64,000 bases of DNA from Prasinococcaceae sp. CCMP 1430 (lineage: Eukaryota > Plantae > Prasinodermophyta). The notes beneath the pieces were generated by a model. That model saw only the letters and a list, made by a program, of their open reading frames with translations. It was not told the DNA's origin and made no database searches. The position numbers and the translations under genes were made by a program. Location of the stretch: positions 141,510 to 205,509 of the forward strand of contig RQSC01000014.1 in the NCBI GenBank assembly GCA_013416795.1, written 5' to 3'. How positions within the stretch are numbered: the first letter of the stretch is position 1; each line of letters opens with the position of its first letter. Below, piece by piece: positions 43,167 through 54,437 of this stretch.

Positions 43167-43999
43167 GCGCGGGTGGTCGAGGGCGCCGCGCGCGATCGGT
43201 CGCTTGCGGTCGCTCGATCGCGCGAACGCGCGATCGCGCGCCCCCTGCCCACGCGCGCGAGCGCGAGGCGCGCGCCTGGACGCCCCCCCGCGTGCGGTGC
43301 CTCGCCCGCTTCCGGCCTCGAGAGCTTCCAGCGAATGGCGAATGGCGCGCGGCCGGCGCGTGCGGGCAGCCGCACCGCACCGCCAGCAGCAGCGCGCCGA
43401 CACTAGCTAGGGAGCATGCCTGCATGTACACAAGTCCTTGGTTTCCTATACGCCTCTGGTGCCCACGCCCGTGCGCCTGCCCGCCCACCCCCAGCCGGCG
43501 CCGGCGACCCCGGTCGCGTCGTCCGGGCTGGCCGCCGCGCGCGGCGCTCACGGTTGTTTTTAGGGTTGTTTTTTTTTGCGTTTTAGGGTCTGCCTTCGGC
43601 CGGCGGGGCGCGGCCGTTTCGCACAGAGGGGCCGCCGCGGACGCGCATGAGGGAAGGCAAAGGGAGGGGGGGGGGGGGGGGGGGGGTGGGGGAGGGGGGG
43701 GCAAGAGCAGGCAAGAGCGAGGGGGCCAGCCGCGCAGCTGCGGCCGCGCGATGCCACTCGCGACGGTCCGGTCGCGAGGTCCCGGGCGCGGCGCGCCCCG
43801 GCCGCAGATGGCATCCGCGCGCTGGTTAGTTAGTCTGTCGAGGCGGGGTCCGTGGGACGGGTGCGGCTGGTATTGAGGCGGGCCCGCGCGGCGACAGGCC
43901 CCCCGCGCGAGCGAGCGTGCGAGCGCCGCGCCCCCGTGTTCGGCGCGGCCGCGCGCCCGCCAGCCAGGACCTGCGGGCTGCGGGCGGCCGCAAAGGCGT

Positions 44000-44598
44000 A
44001 TGGGCGCCGCCGTGAGCAGGCTGCGCGAGCGCAAGGCCGTGAGGAAGTACGCCAATGCCAAAGCGGCGGCAGGCAGCGGTGCCGGGGTCGCGGCGCAGGC
44101 CGCTGGCGCGCCTCGCGGCAACGCGAACAGCGGCGGGACGGACGGCCACGAGCCCACCCACGGCATCTCGCACCTGGACGCGCTCGTCGCGGCAGCGGCG
44201 TTTGCGTCTGCGCCTGCGCCCGCGCCTGGAGCGAGCTTCTCGACTGAGCTCACCCCGCTGGCCGCCGGGGCCCTCGAGCCACACGCCGAGCCCCTCGCGG
44301 GCGCGGGCGGGGGCGATGATGCCGATGTCGCACGCGAGGTCGCCCACGTCGCCACGCTATGGCCCGCATAGCCAAGGAGCTTGGCGATCCTTAGGACGAG
44401 CTGAAGGCGAGGGACATGCAGCATGTGTACGCCGGCGCACATGGCGCCAGCGTCATGTCTGACTCAGACGTCTCTCGCGACGGCGACAGCGAGAACTCGA
44501 GCTCCGAGCACGGCTACAGAGACGGCAATGATGCTGCATCGGACGCTGGGAGCGAGTACAGCATGGTGTCCAGCCTCTCCGAGGGCTCGGAGTTCTAA
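44000..44598 (+). other. Possible interrupted hypothetical gene
   Basis: ORF MGAAVSRL.. (44000-44371) and a downstream acidic ORF (44416-44598) are separated by a frame change and a TAG. No homology recognised. Confidence 0.25.
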
Positions 44599-44742
44599 GC
44601 TCCGCCTCGGCGAGCGCCGGGGCGGTGGGTCGGAGGAGCGTAAGACAATCGCTAGCCTCCCAACGAATACTCTAGTCTAGGACTAGTACTAGTACCACTA
44701 GTCCATGATACACGTTTGTACATATGCGCCGCGCTCGCTCCA

Positions 44743-45543
44743 TCAGGCTGTCGCGTACACCCTCCAGGCGGCCGCGGTCTCGGCCCCGGCGCATTCCGCA
44801 ACGGGCGCGCCAATGTTGTCGATTGGCCAGCCGAAGCTCACGACGCGACGCCGCCGCCCGTCTGCGAGATCCTCCCGGCTGAGCCACAGCGCCAGCGGCG
44901 CCTCGAGCCTCTTCAGCGCCGCAGGAAGCAGGAAGAGGGTCACGATGGTGGCTCCTCTGCGCTCCCAGTCGCTGCACAGCTCGGCCGCCCCATCTCCAGG
45001 CGCGAAGATGTCGGTGCACTCAAACGCGACGCGCTTCTCCACGCCGGCGTCAGCGGCTCGCTCTGTGGCGCGGGCGACGAGCGCCGCGTCCAGCTCGAGG
45101 CCCACCGCGCGCGCTCCAAATGCGCGAGCGGCGGTTATTGCGACCGTGCCATCACCCGCGCCGAGATCGAGCACGACATCGTCCGCGCCGCAGCGCTCGA
45201 GCGCCGGGCGGGGTGGCGGAGGTTCGCACGCCTCGAGCGCCGCCTCCGCCGCGGCCGGCGACGCTGGCACGAATGGGCTCACCGAGCCAGCCCCCTGCGT
45301 CGCACAGGCCTTCGCGGTCAGCCGGCGGCGAGCCAACGAGCTGGCGACGCGAGCGAAGCGAGCGAGCGAGCGAGCGAGGTGATGCGAGGCGACCGCAATC
45401 GCACGGCCGGCAGGTGCGCGTACCCAGTCGTAAGCGAACAAACGCGTCGCCTTGCGTGGGATGACGAAGCAATCGCCGCCGTCGCCGACGGCGGCGGCGG
45501 CGGCGGCTGCCACGCGAGCCTCATCGCTCGCGCGGCCCGTCAT
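44743..45543 (-). CDS. Class I SAM-dependent methyltransferase (FAM173-like), one intron
   Basis: SPFVPAS, VLDLGAGDG, GLELD, TIVTLFLLP, VVSFGWPI. Confidence 0.8.
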   Translation of the reverse strand: MTGRASDEARVAAAAAAAVGDGGDCFVIPRKATRLFAYDWVRAPAGRAIAVASHHLARSLARFARVASSLARRRLTAKACATQGAGSVSPFVPASPAAAEAALEACEPPPPRPALERCGADDVVLDLGAGDGTVAITAARAFGARAVGLELDAALVARATERAADAGVEKRVAFECTDIFAPGDGAAELCSDWERRGATIVTLFLLPAALKRLEAPLALWLSREDLADGRRRRVVSFGWPIDNIGAPVAECAGAETAAAWRVYATA

Positions 45544-46147
45544 GAATCGAGGCCCTGCTGTGCGGCGCGCCTGCGGGCGCGCCCGCCCCGCGCGAGACTG
45601 CCGCCGGACACGCCCTCCACCGCCCTGCGCGCCTCCCGGTTCGTGCTCTGTGCTCACACTGCCCGCCTCCTCCGAAGGAAGTTCTTATCGCAGCCGAGCG
45701 GCAACTCAAAGTCCCGCCACGGCACGGTCGTTACGACGCGCGCCTGTCGAGCGTGCGCACGGACGAGGCCGACGGGCGGCACACTCGCGGCTGCGCGCGA
45801 TGGCGCATGCGCCTGGGGGTGCGCGCGGGCCGCGATTGGGAAAGGGCAGAGCTGGCGGCCGTGTAATGGTACGTCCGGTGCGCATACCTACATGTCTCAA
45901 CGTGCCAGTCTGCCAAGTTCGGCGCGCTGGGCGCGCTGCAGCTCAACGGCATCGTGTTCGCGGCGCGAGCGGAGGCCATGTGAGGGCGAGCGGCGCGCCT
46001 CGGCTGCGGCGGCGAATAGCATCATGATGCGAAGATGCGCTGCCCGCTCACGGCGGCGCACCAAGGTGCTGACTCTGCCCACGCAATGGCTGGCGCGCCC
46101 TGCTGCCGCTCGCGCAGGGGAGCGACGAGCACGTCGTGCACTCAGCG

Positions 46148-47470
46148 ATGCCGCGCCCCGGCCGCACGCTGGTGGTCGGCGACGTGCATGGCTGCGTGGC
46201 GGAGCTCCGAGCGCTGCTCGACGTGGTGGACTTTGACGACGCGCGAGACAACCTGGTTTTTGTAGGGGACCTCGTCAATAAGGGACCGAGCAGCCTCGCG
46301 GTCGTCCGCCTCGCGCGTGAGCTGGGCGCTCTAGGTGTCAGGGGCAACCACGACGAGAGGGCGCTCAAGCACTGGAGGAATTGGAGGCGGGCACTCGGCG
46401 TCAGTGGGAGCGAAGGCGCGGATGGCGCGCCCGCGCGCGCACGCGTTCTCGCCCCTCGAGTGTGCTCGTGGCATTGCGCGTCGGCGCGTGCGGCGTGCTG
46501 ACTCCCTCGCTGTGTTTTCCTCCCGCCGCGTGCGTGCGCCGGCGTGCGTGCGACCTCACAGGCGGCGGGTGCCCCAGCGGCGCTGCTGACGGCAGCAGCA
46601 ACAACAGTGGAGGTCTCAGCGAGGCCGTGCTCCCTGCCAAGCGTCGATGGCTCGCCGAGCTGTCAGACGATGACGCTGCGTGGCTTGCGGCCCTGCCGTA
46701 CACGCTTCGCCTGGAGCCGCACCGTGCGCTCATCGTCCATGCCGGGTTGGTGCGTGCGCGAGCCCGCTTGCGCGCGCATTCTCTCGCGTGCAGCGCGAGA
46801 CACTGACGCCACCAACCCTGCGTGGCTCAGGTGCCCGGGACCCCGCTGCACGACCAAGAGCCCGCCGCGATGACTAATATGCGTAATCTTCATCCCGTGC
46901 ACAAGAAGGGACACAGTGCGGCCCGCAGCAGTGCGGACGATGAGTCTCACGACGAGGCCCCGCAATGGGTCTCCCCAAAGCCCAAGAAGAGCAGCTCTTC
47001 CAGGCTGAGGGCTAGCAAGGACGTCGGCTTGAGGTGCGCCCGGGCGAGTCGGGAGCCGTTCGCGCTTGAGAGAATGCAGCGTTGCCAGGGAGAGGCGGCG
47101 GTGCCGTCACGCGCTGCGCGCCGACTGACTTGCACGTGCGCGCGGCATCTGCGCTCGCAATGCGCCTGCGCTCGCAATCTGTAGCGATGACCTCACGTGG
47201 AGCGCCGTGTGGGAACGCCTGCATGACGCCGAGCACGTTGCGGCCGACGACCACGACCTTTCGGGCGACGCGCTCCCGCGCGGGTACCACGTCATCTACG
47301 GCCACGACGCCATTCGTGGTGTCGTGCGTCGGGCGCGCACGACGGGCCTCGATTCGGCCTGCGTCTACGGAGAGAGGCTATCGGCCTTGCTCCTGCAACC
47401 GGGCGAGGAGGCGTCGCTCGCAAGCGAGCTCGTCAGCGTGCCTTGTCCACGCGTAAAAGCGAAAGATTGA
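46148..47470 (+). CDS. ApaH-like (ALPH/PrpE/Ppn2-like) metallophosphoesterase, multi-exon
   Basis: GDVHG, GDLVNKGP, RGNHD, VHAG, YGHD, GLDSACVYG. Confidence 0.88.
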
Positions 47471-47484
47471 AACTTTAGTCGGCG

Positions 47485-49770
47485 TCAGTCTGCAATGCCC
47501 CCTAGGGCTCGAACAACGGCGGCGTCCCTGTCTGCGTACATATCGCGACCGCTAGCGTCCAGCAGCAAGTACGACTGCAGGCCGCGGGCTGCCTCGCGCA
47601 GTTGGCGCCCCACGCGCTCCGTGCTCGTCCAGCCCCTGTCAGGCATGACCTTCGTCGCAGTGGCCATCGCCACGTATGCCTCCTCGTCAGTGTCCATCTT
47701 TGCAACGGCGTCCACACAAGGGGCCAGCTCGCCTTCCAGGATGGCGCGCGCGCGCTGGCCGCGCCGACTGCTGTTGGTCAGGTAGGTGCTAGGGGCTGAC
47801 TCCTCGGGGGGCGGCAGCGTGCGCAGAGCCCAGAGCGTCTTTGAGGAGAGCTTGCACTCGATCATCCTGCGCTCGTTCAACCAAGGGCCGCCGCCGCGCT
47901 TGGACGTCCCAGCTCCGAAGTAGATGGGGACCGCGTCGGCCATCAGAGCCCCTATTGGCTTCTCGGTGACATACCCGGGGGCCCAAGTATTTTCGAACGC
48001 AATCACAAATTTGTAGCCCTCGTAGCGGAGCGCGGACGCGTCCGACGCGGGGTCGTACTCACCCGTTTTCCAATGCTTGCGCGACCACATGCCTCCGCAC
48101 TGGGGTGCGCCGTCATCGCTGGCCGCCCGCGGTGACTCGCAGTTGCACAGTCCGAGCACGTCTGCGGGTTTGTGGCGCTCCGCCAGCATCTCGAAGAACA
48201 CCAGGCGGACCGTAACGTCGCCGTTGTAGAAGGCCTTGTCACACGCTGCGCGCGGGACAGGATAGGGGCGAGGTCAGAGAGATAGGGACGAGGTTGGGAC
48301 GCGCTACAGGACCAATCGCGCGCGGCCGCCGCCGTGCGCTGCAAGCAATCGCGCGGCATGTGGCGGCACGGCGCATTGGCAGCCAGGAACGTGCCGTAGT
48401 GGTAGAACGCCGCAAATCGCGTGCCGTCGCGGTAGCGCGCCTTGGCACGCGCGAGCGCTTCCGATGTTGGCCTTGCCAACTTTGCCGCAACGTCCTCGAA
48501 AGAGACATCTCCGTAGTGCTGCATTCTGCTGCTGCGCTTCGCGGCCAGGAAGTGCTGCCCCTCAGGGAAACGAATCGCCGCGGTGGCCAACGCAGGAATG
48601 GCCTCGCCCACTGCCGCCAGCTCGATGTCGAAGCGCAGGCCCGGCCCGAGCTTCTGGTTGGCGTAGCCGCCCATGTGCGACTCGCCGCCACTGCCGATGA
48701 GCAGAGGCCGCCCCCGCGCATGGGGCACGGCACCCAGCTTTCTTACGCTGTCTCGAGGCCACCACACGCCCCCTGCCCACGCCCCCTCGACACCCGAGGC
48801 GTACTCCCCTTCGCCGAGTTCGGCGCCCGGGGCGCCCGGCCCTGTCATCGAGTGCTGCTCCTTCCACACGCGCGAGGGCACGTGTGCCAGGAAGCGCTCC
48901 TCGACCCACCTGGGTCCCTCCTGTTGTGGCGTTTCGCTTTCGGCACCGACGAGCCCGCCACCCGCCTTGCCAGCTGCAGTCGCGGAGGCGGAACGGCCTG
49001 CGGCCGCCACCGCCGCCACGACATCGAAGCGCGGCGACGTCGGAGTGCGGTCGCGCCAGCGTTGGTCACCAGGAGCAGCACCGCCATCGGCGGCCCCGCC
49101 GCGTCGCTCCCATGCGCGCTTGCGTAGCACCATCGGGTTGGACTCACCGAGGGCAGTCTCGTTGCCCATGACGCCCCAGAGGATGTTCGTCCACGGGCAG
49201 AAGGCCAGATCCGCGCTCCGGGGGGGCATGTTATCGCCAGCGCCCCCGTCGTCCGCGTCCAAAGCGTTGCCATATTGATCGAGCGGCACGAGCTCGATGC
49301 GGTGCAGAGGCAGCATGGCGGTTGCCAGCCGCAGGGCGTCTCCCGCCGCACGCTTGAGGTCGCGTTCTAACGCGGGTGCGGGCGCGCGGGCGTTGAGCCC
49401 CCACGGCTCGCAAAAGCCGACGTACGCAGTCGGCAGCGGCGATGCGCCAGCGCCAACGCCAGCGCGCCCTGCCTGCTTCGCGGCAACGCTGGTGCCCTCC
49501 GCCCCGCCGTTGGTGACAGTCGTGCCGCCCGCGCGGCGCGCCGGGGCCGCCTTGGCCACAGCCATCTTGGCAGCGAGCCTTGCTGCGAGAGCGCTTAGGG
49601 CATCAGCACCCCCACCCACGCCCGCGGCCGCTGTGCCGGCGCCACGGCTCCCAAGAGTCTTGCCACCGCGCCCGTCACCCGCGCCCGCGGCCCGCCCGCC
49701 GCCGTCGCGGGCGGCCACAAGCCGCTCGCACTCAAAGACGTCGTAGCCGAAAGCGACAAAGTCGAGCAGA
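47485..49770 (-). CDS. Alpha-1,3-fucosyltransferase-like (GT10); 5' end cut at N 49771
   Basis: Fucosyltransferase motif YKFVIAFENTWAPGYVTEKPIGALMADAVPIYFG, preceded by RFAAF..VRLVFFEML. Confidence 0.8.
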
Positions 49771-50231
49771 NAGCGCGCGCCGTCCGGTGCGGATCGCGCC
49801 GCTGCGCGCCACCTGTCTGGCAGCGGGCGACGGGGAACAGAGCTCGCTGACCGCGATGCGATGTGTTGGAAAGGCTCGCTCGCGCGGGGCGAGGCGCGGG
49901 GCGCGCGCCCCGCGCCGCCGCGGGCGGCTGGGTGCTCCCAGCACGCGATGACAACAGAGCCCTGCGCTCGCCGTCCCACCGCCGTCACGCTCCCTGCCGC
50001 ACGGCGGGACGGCGGGGCGCGATCCCCGCGCAGGATGCCTCACGGGGCTGGCGGGTGTGCACGCACGCGCGTGCGCATGCACGCACAGGCGCGCTGCCAC
50101 AACGCACGCCCGAAGCGAAGCGCGGCCCGCCAGCAGGCCCGCCGTCCGCGGACGCATCCGATTGCTGCGCCCGCCTGACCGACAGAGCAGCGTGCGACGA
50201 CAGTGCGCACAAAGCCCGCGAGCGAGTGAGA

Positions 50232-50786
50232 ATGGCACGCGCCGCAAATGCCCTCGCGCTGGCCGCCTGCGCCGCGCTCGTTGCGCTCGGCGCGGGCCAT
50301 GGCGCCAACGCGCAGCCGGTCATCCCCAGCGCCTGCACCGAGCTGGACTACTCTGGCACGTTCGTGAGCACCAAGCTCGTGAAGCAGACGTACGACATCG
50401 ATGATGATGAGGTGCTGGCGGATCAGGACGCCGCGTCGCGCCCCGAGCGAGTCATCGTAGCCAACCCCGACCTGCCGTTCTCATACACCTTCAAAGCTGT
50501 GCAGACGGTCTCCGGCACGCAGGTGGCGCAGGGATCAACAACCTCGATGTGCGTGGCGCCGCCTGTGGAGAGCTCGATGACGTGTGTTGATTCGGACGAC
50601 ATAGGCACCACGCGGATTGTGCCCACCTTGGTCGGGGACGACTGCAAGGTGCTTGCGTACTACGACGTGTACACGGAGCCGGGCGCCCATGACTGCTTTG
50701 AGCCCGTGTGTCAAGCCGTCATACTCTACGAGGAGTATGAGCTCCAGCAGGTGGCGCCAGCACCAGCACCAGGCCCGGACTTTTGA
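50232..50786 (+). CDS. Secreted Cys-containing hypothetical protein
   Basis: Clear signal peptide (MARAANALALAACAALVALGAGHGANA), globular composition, six Cys in the mature part. Confidence 0.75.
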   Translation: MARAANALALAACAALVALGAGHGANAQPVIPSACTELDYSGTFVSTKLVKQTYDIDDDEVLADQDAASRPERVIVANPDLPFSYTFKAVQTVSGTQVAQGSTTSMCVAPPVESSMTCVDSDDIGTTRIVPTLVGDDCKVLAYYDVYTEPGAHDCFEPVCQAVILYEEYELQQVAPAPAPGPDF

Positions 50787-51021
50787 TTTCGCGAGTCCTG
50801 CGTGTGTGTGGTGTGTCCACCTACGCGCGTTTACGCCGACACCACAGTGCCACGCAGGCGATCGTGCGAGCCCGCGCACGCGCACTGCACACCCCTCCTC
50901 TTGAGGCAGGACTGCGCCCGTGAAGACCACGCAGCCTCGCGTCCGCCGCGCATCCTCGTATGAACTACTATACTACCTCTTGGTACAGATTTACACGGCC
51001 GCCGAGCTGGCGGCAGCGGCG

Positions 51022-52500
51022 TCACGCGAGCCAGCCGGGCAAAGGCGCGTTCGCGCCGATGAGCGCGGCCGCGTGGCGGCGCTCGAGGCGCAGCACGTCC
51101 TCCTCGAGGACCACGGTGGCCGCTTGCGTGGCCAGCAGCCGTGCGCGCCGCTCCTGCGCGCCGCCCTGCGCGGCGGCCGCCTCCTGCTGGCGTATTTGCG
51201 TGCGCGATAGCGTGACGCCATCTGCAAGCGCGCGCGCACGCGCGAGCGTGCGTCAGGGGCGGCGCGTGAGCTCGCGCGTGGCACGATCACAGCGCGCGCT
51301 GCACGGGTCGATGCGCACGCGCTCGCTAGCGGCGGGGCGCATCGCGCAGCACCCGCACCCTGGGCTTCGAGCTTCGTGAGGCGAACCGGCACTGGCTCGC
51401 TGGCTCGGGCGTGGTAGCCCGGCCTCCAGGTCTCCGGATATGGCAGCACCTCCTGGGGGCGGATCATTTCGTATGCCAGTTTGCGGCTGCGCGGGCGCCG
51501 TCGAGGAGAGCGCCACGCGCGCCAGAACAGTGCCGCCAGGACACGGAATGTTTTTGTTGTGGGGCGTCGGGACAGTCAGCGAAGGCGCGTGGCAGCACGC
51601 GCGGCCCACGCTGTGTCCCTACGGCAAGCGCGGCACGCGCACGCACCCGTATCGTTGCGGCAACCTCTGCCTGTCTACGTTCCACGCGAGTACCCTGAGC
51701 ACCGCCCTTTTGGGAGCGCCGATGAGCGCGCTATCTTGCGGGAAGCCGTCAGCGTCGCGCGCGATGCACTCGGCGATTGTGCGCGACACGTACAGCCCAC
51801 CGCTGTGACCAGCCGCGCCAGCCGCGCCGAAGCTCGACAGCATTGTTTGACCGACTCGATACTCTGTCGCGCCGTCGTAGACGGAGAGGTAGCGCTCGGC
51901 GGCGCCGCCATCATCGCCCCCCGTCACCGCCACCACTTTGTACATGACCTCGGCCCACGAGGGCGGCGCGGTCGGCACGCGGGCTGGGCGCGTCGACGTT
52001 GACACCTCGTAGTCGGCGCGCAGCTGCTGGAGGACGCGCATTCGCTCGCCGGCGTCGGAGTCATCGACAGACCGGCCGAGAGGCGCGCAAGCACGAGGAA
52101 TGCCCGCCGGATCAGGCCGCGCATCGAGCAGACGCATCGCGCTCACGAGCGCCTCGGCCGCCTCTGCCGCGGCTGCGGCAACGACCACGTCACCGCCCGT
52201 GGGCGCCACAGAATCCGCGGGCGCGGCCCGCAAGCCAGCGCCGGCGCGTGCGCGCGCGCCTGCTCCGCCGAGCGTCCTGTCAAGCGTCGCTGACACGCGG
52301 GTCAGCATCGCCTGCGCGTCGCTGCTGAAGTCGTCCCCGCCGCTCTCGTACATCGCGGCAGCGTCGCCCGCGCGCGCAGCCCTCGTGCGCGCCGCGCTTT
52401 CCTCGCCGCCCTCGTCAGCTCCGTCCTCTTCCGCCAGTCGCGCGACCACGCCCTCGAGGGCGTCCAGAAGGCGATCCGCTCCCGCGCCTTCGCCCTCCAT
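51022..52500 (-). CDS. Hypothetical protein, multi-exon
   Basis: Globular segment YKVVA..YLSVYDGATEYRVGQT..HSGGLYV..FPQDSAL. Downstream exons end LPGWLA*. Confidence 0.55.
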
Positions 52501-53125
52501 GGCACCGCGTCTCCCCTCTCCCGCGCCACGGGAACGGGCCACCCCTTCCGCCCACCGCCCCCGCCTTCGCAGTGCGCTCCGCGCTTTGTCCGCGTCGGCG
52601 CGCGAAGCGAAGCAGGGAGCACCGCGCGGGGCGAGGAGAGGCGCCGGGCGCGAGGCGCCCAGCCACCCCCTCCCCTTGTCCTCCGTGTGCCGTGGCCAGG
52701 CAAACCTTGCCGGCCGGCTGCGCTGTGGTGCCAGTCCCGCTGCGCCCCCCCCACCCCCACCCGCCACCGCCCGCCGCGGCCGGGTTTAAATTTTTTGAAA
52801 ACTGGTCCGCCGGTCGGCATTGCGGGGTCACCGCGAGAGCCCACACAGGCAAGTCCCCAGATAAGGGTTTTCATGGGAGGGTTTGCAATGCCACGATCAT
52901 CGACGGTGGACGCACCGGATGCTGGCTGGCGTCCCGAAGGGCGGCGGCGGTCCTGCGAGTCCCGCGGACGGACAGGGCCTCGGCGGACAGGGTTGGATGG
53001 GTGGGCGGGCGATCTTCGCGACGCGAGCGCACGCACGCGCGCAGCACGGGCTGTGCTAGGATGCAAGGAGCTTTAGGCAAAGAGCTCGCGCGCTCGCGGT
53101 GCTGCGCGCTCGCACGCCGCCGGCC

Positions 53126-53190
53126 GGCCATGCGTCGGGCCGCACACCCTGCCCGATGATGGGCTCTGAGGGTGGCGCCGTCATGTGGCC
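53126..53190 (-). promoter_or_regulatory. SECIS-like element (form II) in the 3' UTR of the DsbA/FrnE-like gene
   Basis: Minus strand reads GGCCA-C-AUGAC-GGCGCCACCCU-CAGA-GCCC-AUCAUC-GGGC-AGGGUGUGCGGCC-CGAC-GCA-UGGCC. This gives helix I, a UGAC/CGAC tandem G.A core, an 11-bp helix II with two bulges, and an apical ministem. Confidence 0.75.
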
Positions 53191-53310
53191 GAGCCGCGCG
53201 GCGCTAGCGCGCGTCGAGGCTTGCTCTCGCTCCACGGATTGGCCCAGGGTAGGCCGGGGTCCCCGCGCTGGCGGCGGGCGCATGCCGCCCGGCGGCAGGC
53301 GCGTGCGCAC

Positions 53311-54294
53311 CTACGCGTGCTGGGCGAGGTCGAGCTCCTCGAGCAGCATCTCTCGCGGTATCCGCAGCGCATCAGAGAACAGAAACGCGCCCTCGGCGAA
53401 CTCGTCATCGGCGTGCGCGTTTTCCCCTGCTGCGACGAGACGCTTGGCCTCCTCCTTCTCCATGTCCCTGAAGAGCCGCACAAACTCATCGGCGTGCGCC
53501 GCGCCGCTGAGCATGTACTTGCCATCGATGAGGAACGTCGGGATGGAATTGATGCCCATCTCGCGAAGCATCGCCAGCGCGGCGGCGATCTCATCGGAGC
53601 CTTCGTCCGACTGCAAAAACTCGCGCGCGGCCGCCTCGTCGGCGCCGGCGTGCTCGACGGCCGCCGTCACGAGCATCTCGCGGTCGTTGAGCTTGGCCCC
53701 CTGCTCAAAATGCGTGAAGTTCAGCGCGGCGTACAGCCTTTCGGCCGCCGAAACGCCCAGCGTGCGCGTCACCCACTGCACCATGCGGTGGCTCGCCCAC
53801 GTGTTGCTCGCAATGCGGCGCGCCACGAAGTTCTCGATGCCCACCTCGCGCCCGCGCTCCTTGAGCCCGTGTCGTTTCTTCTGCTCCTCGAACTGCTGCA
53901 CACCTCCCCACTTGCGCCGCAGGCGCTCCAGGTTGGTCTCCTCGAACTCCTCCGAGCGCGGGTAGTCCGGCTCAAGGAAGAAAGGCACTCGCAGGAGCGA
54001 GAACCTCAGGGGCATGCCATCGACGAGCGGCTGCTCAGTGACGCGTCGCATCGCGTTGAGCACGTGGCGCTTGCCGATGTAGCCATTCGGTCACACTGCG
54101 TGCGCACGCGCAGGCGAGGTCAGTCACCGGCCGCAGTAGCACCACGACGAGCGAGCGCGCGTGGGCCGCCGCACGGGTGCGCGCAAAACGCGCCGGCGCG
54201 CGCACGCACTGGTGTCGGAGACGAGCTCCACGGCCACACGGCGGCCGCGCGCCGCCTTGGCGCCGGCTCCTGCGCCCGAGGCAGACGCGGCGGC
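53311..54294 (-). CDS. DsbA/FrnE-like thioredoxin-fold selenoprotein (in-frame TGA at 54091-54093; intron 54096-54209; 5' end in gap)
   Basis: VAVELVSDT-M-U-PNGYIGKR aligns with the FrnE motif SDxxCPWCYIGKR. Also VPFFLEP, NTWASHRMV, HFEQG, GINSIPTFLID..LSGA. Confidence 0.85.
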
Positions 54295-54437
54295 NNNNNN
54301 NNNCCCCCGGGAGCCTGGGCACGGTGAAGCATGCGAGCGCGCTGCTGCAATGGACGCGCGCCGTGCACGCGCGCCTCAGCTTCCGCGTGACGCGCTCCGG
54401 CGCGCTCGGCCTCACCGCCGGCCGGCCCCGCGGCGCG

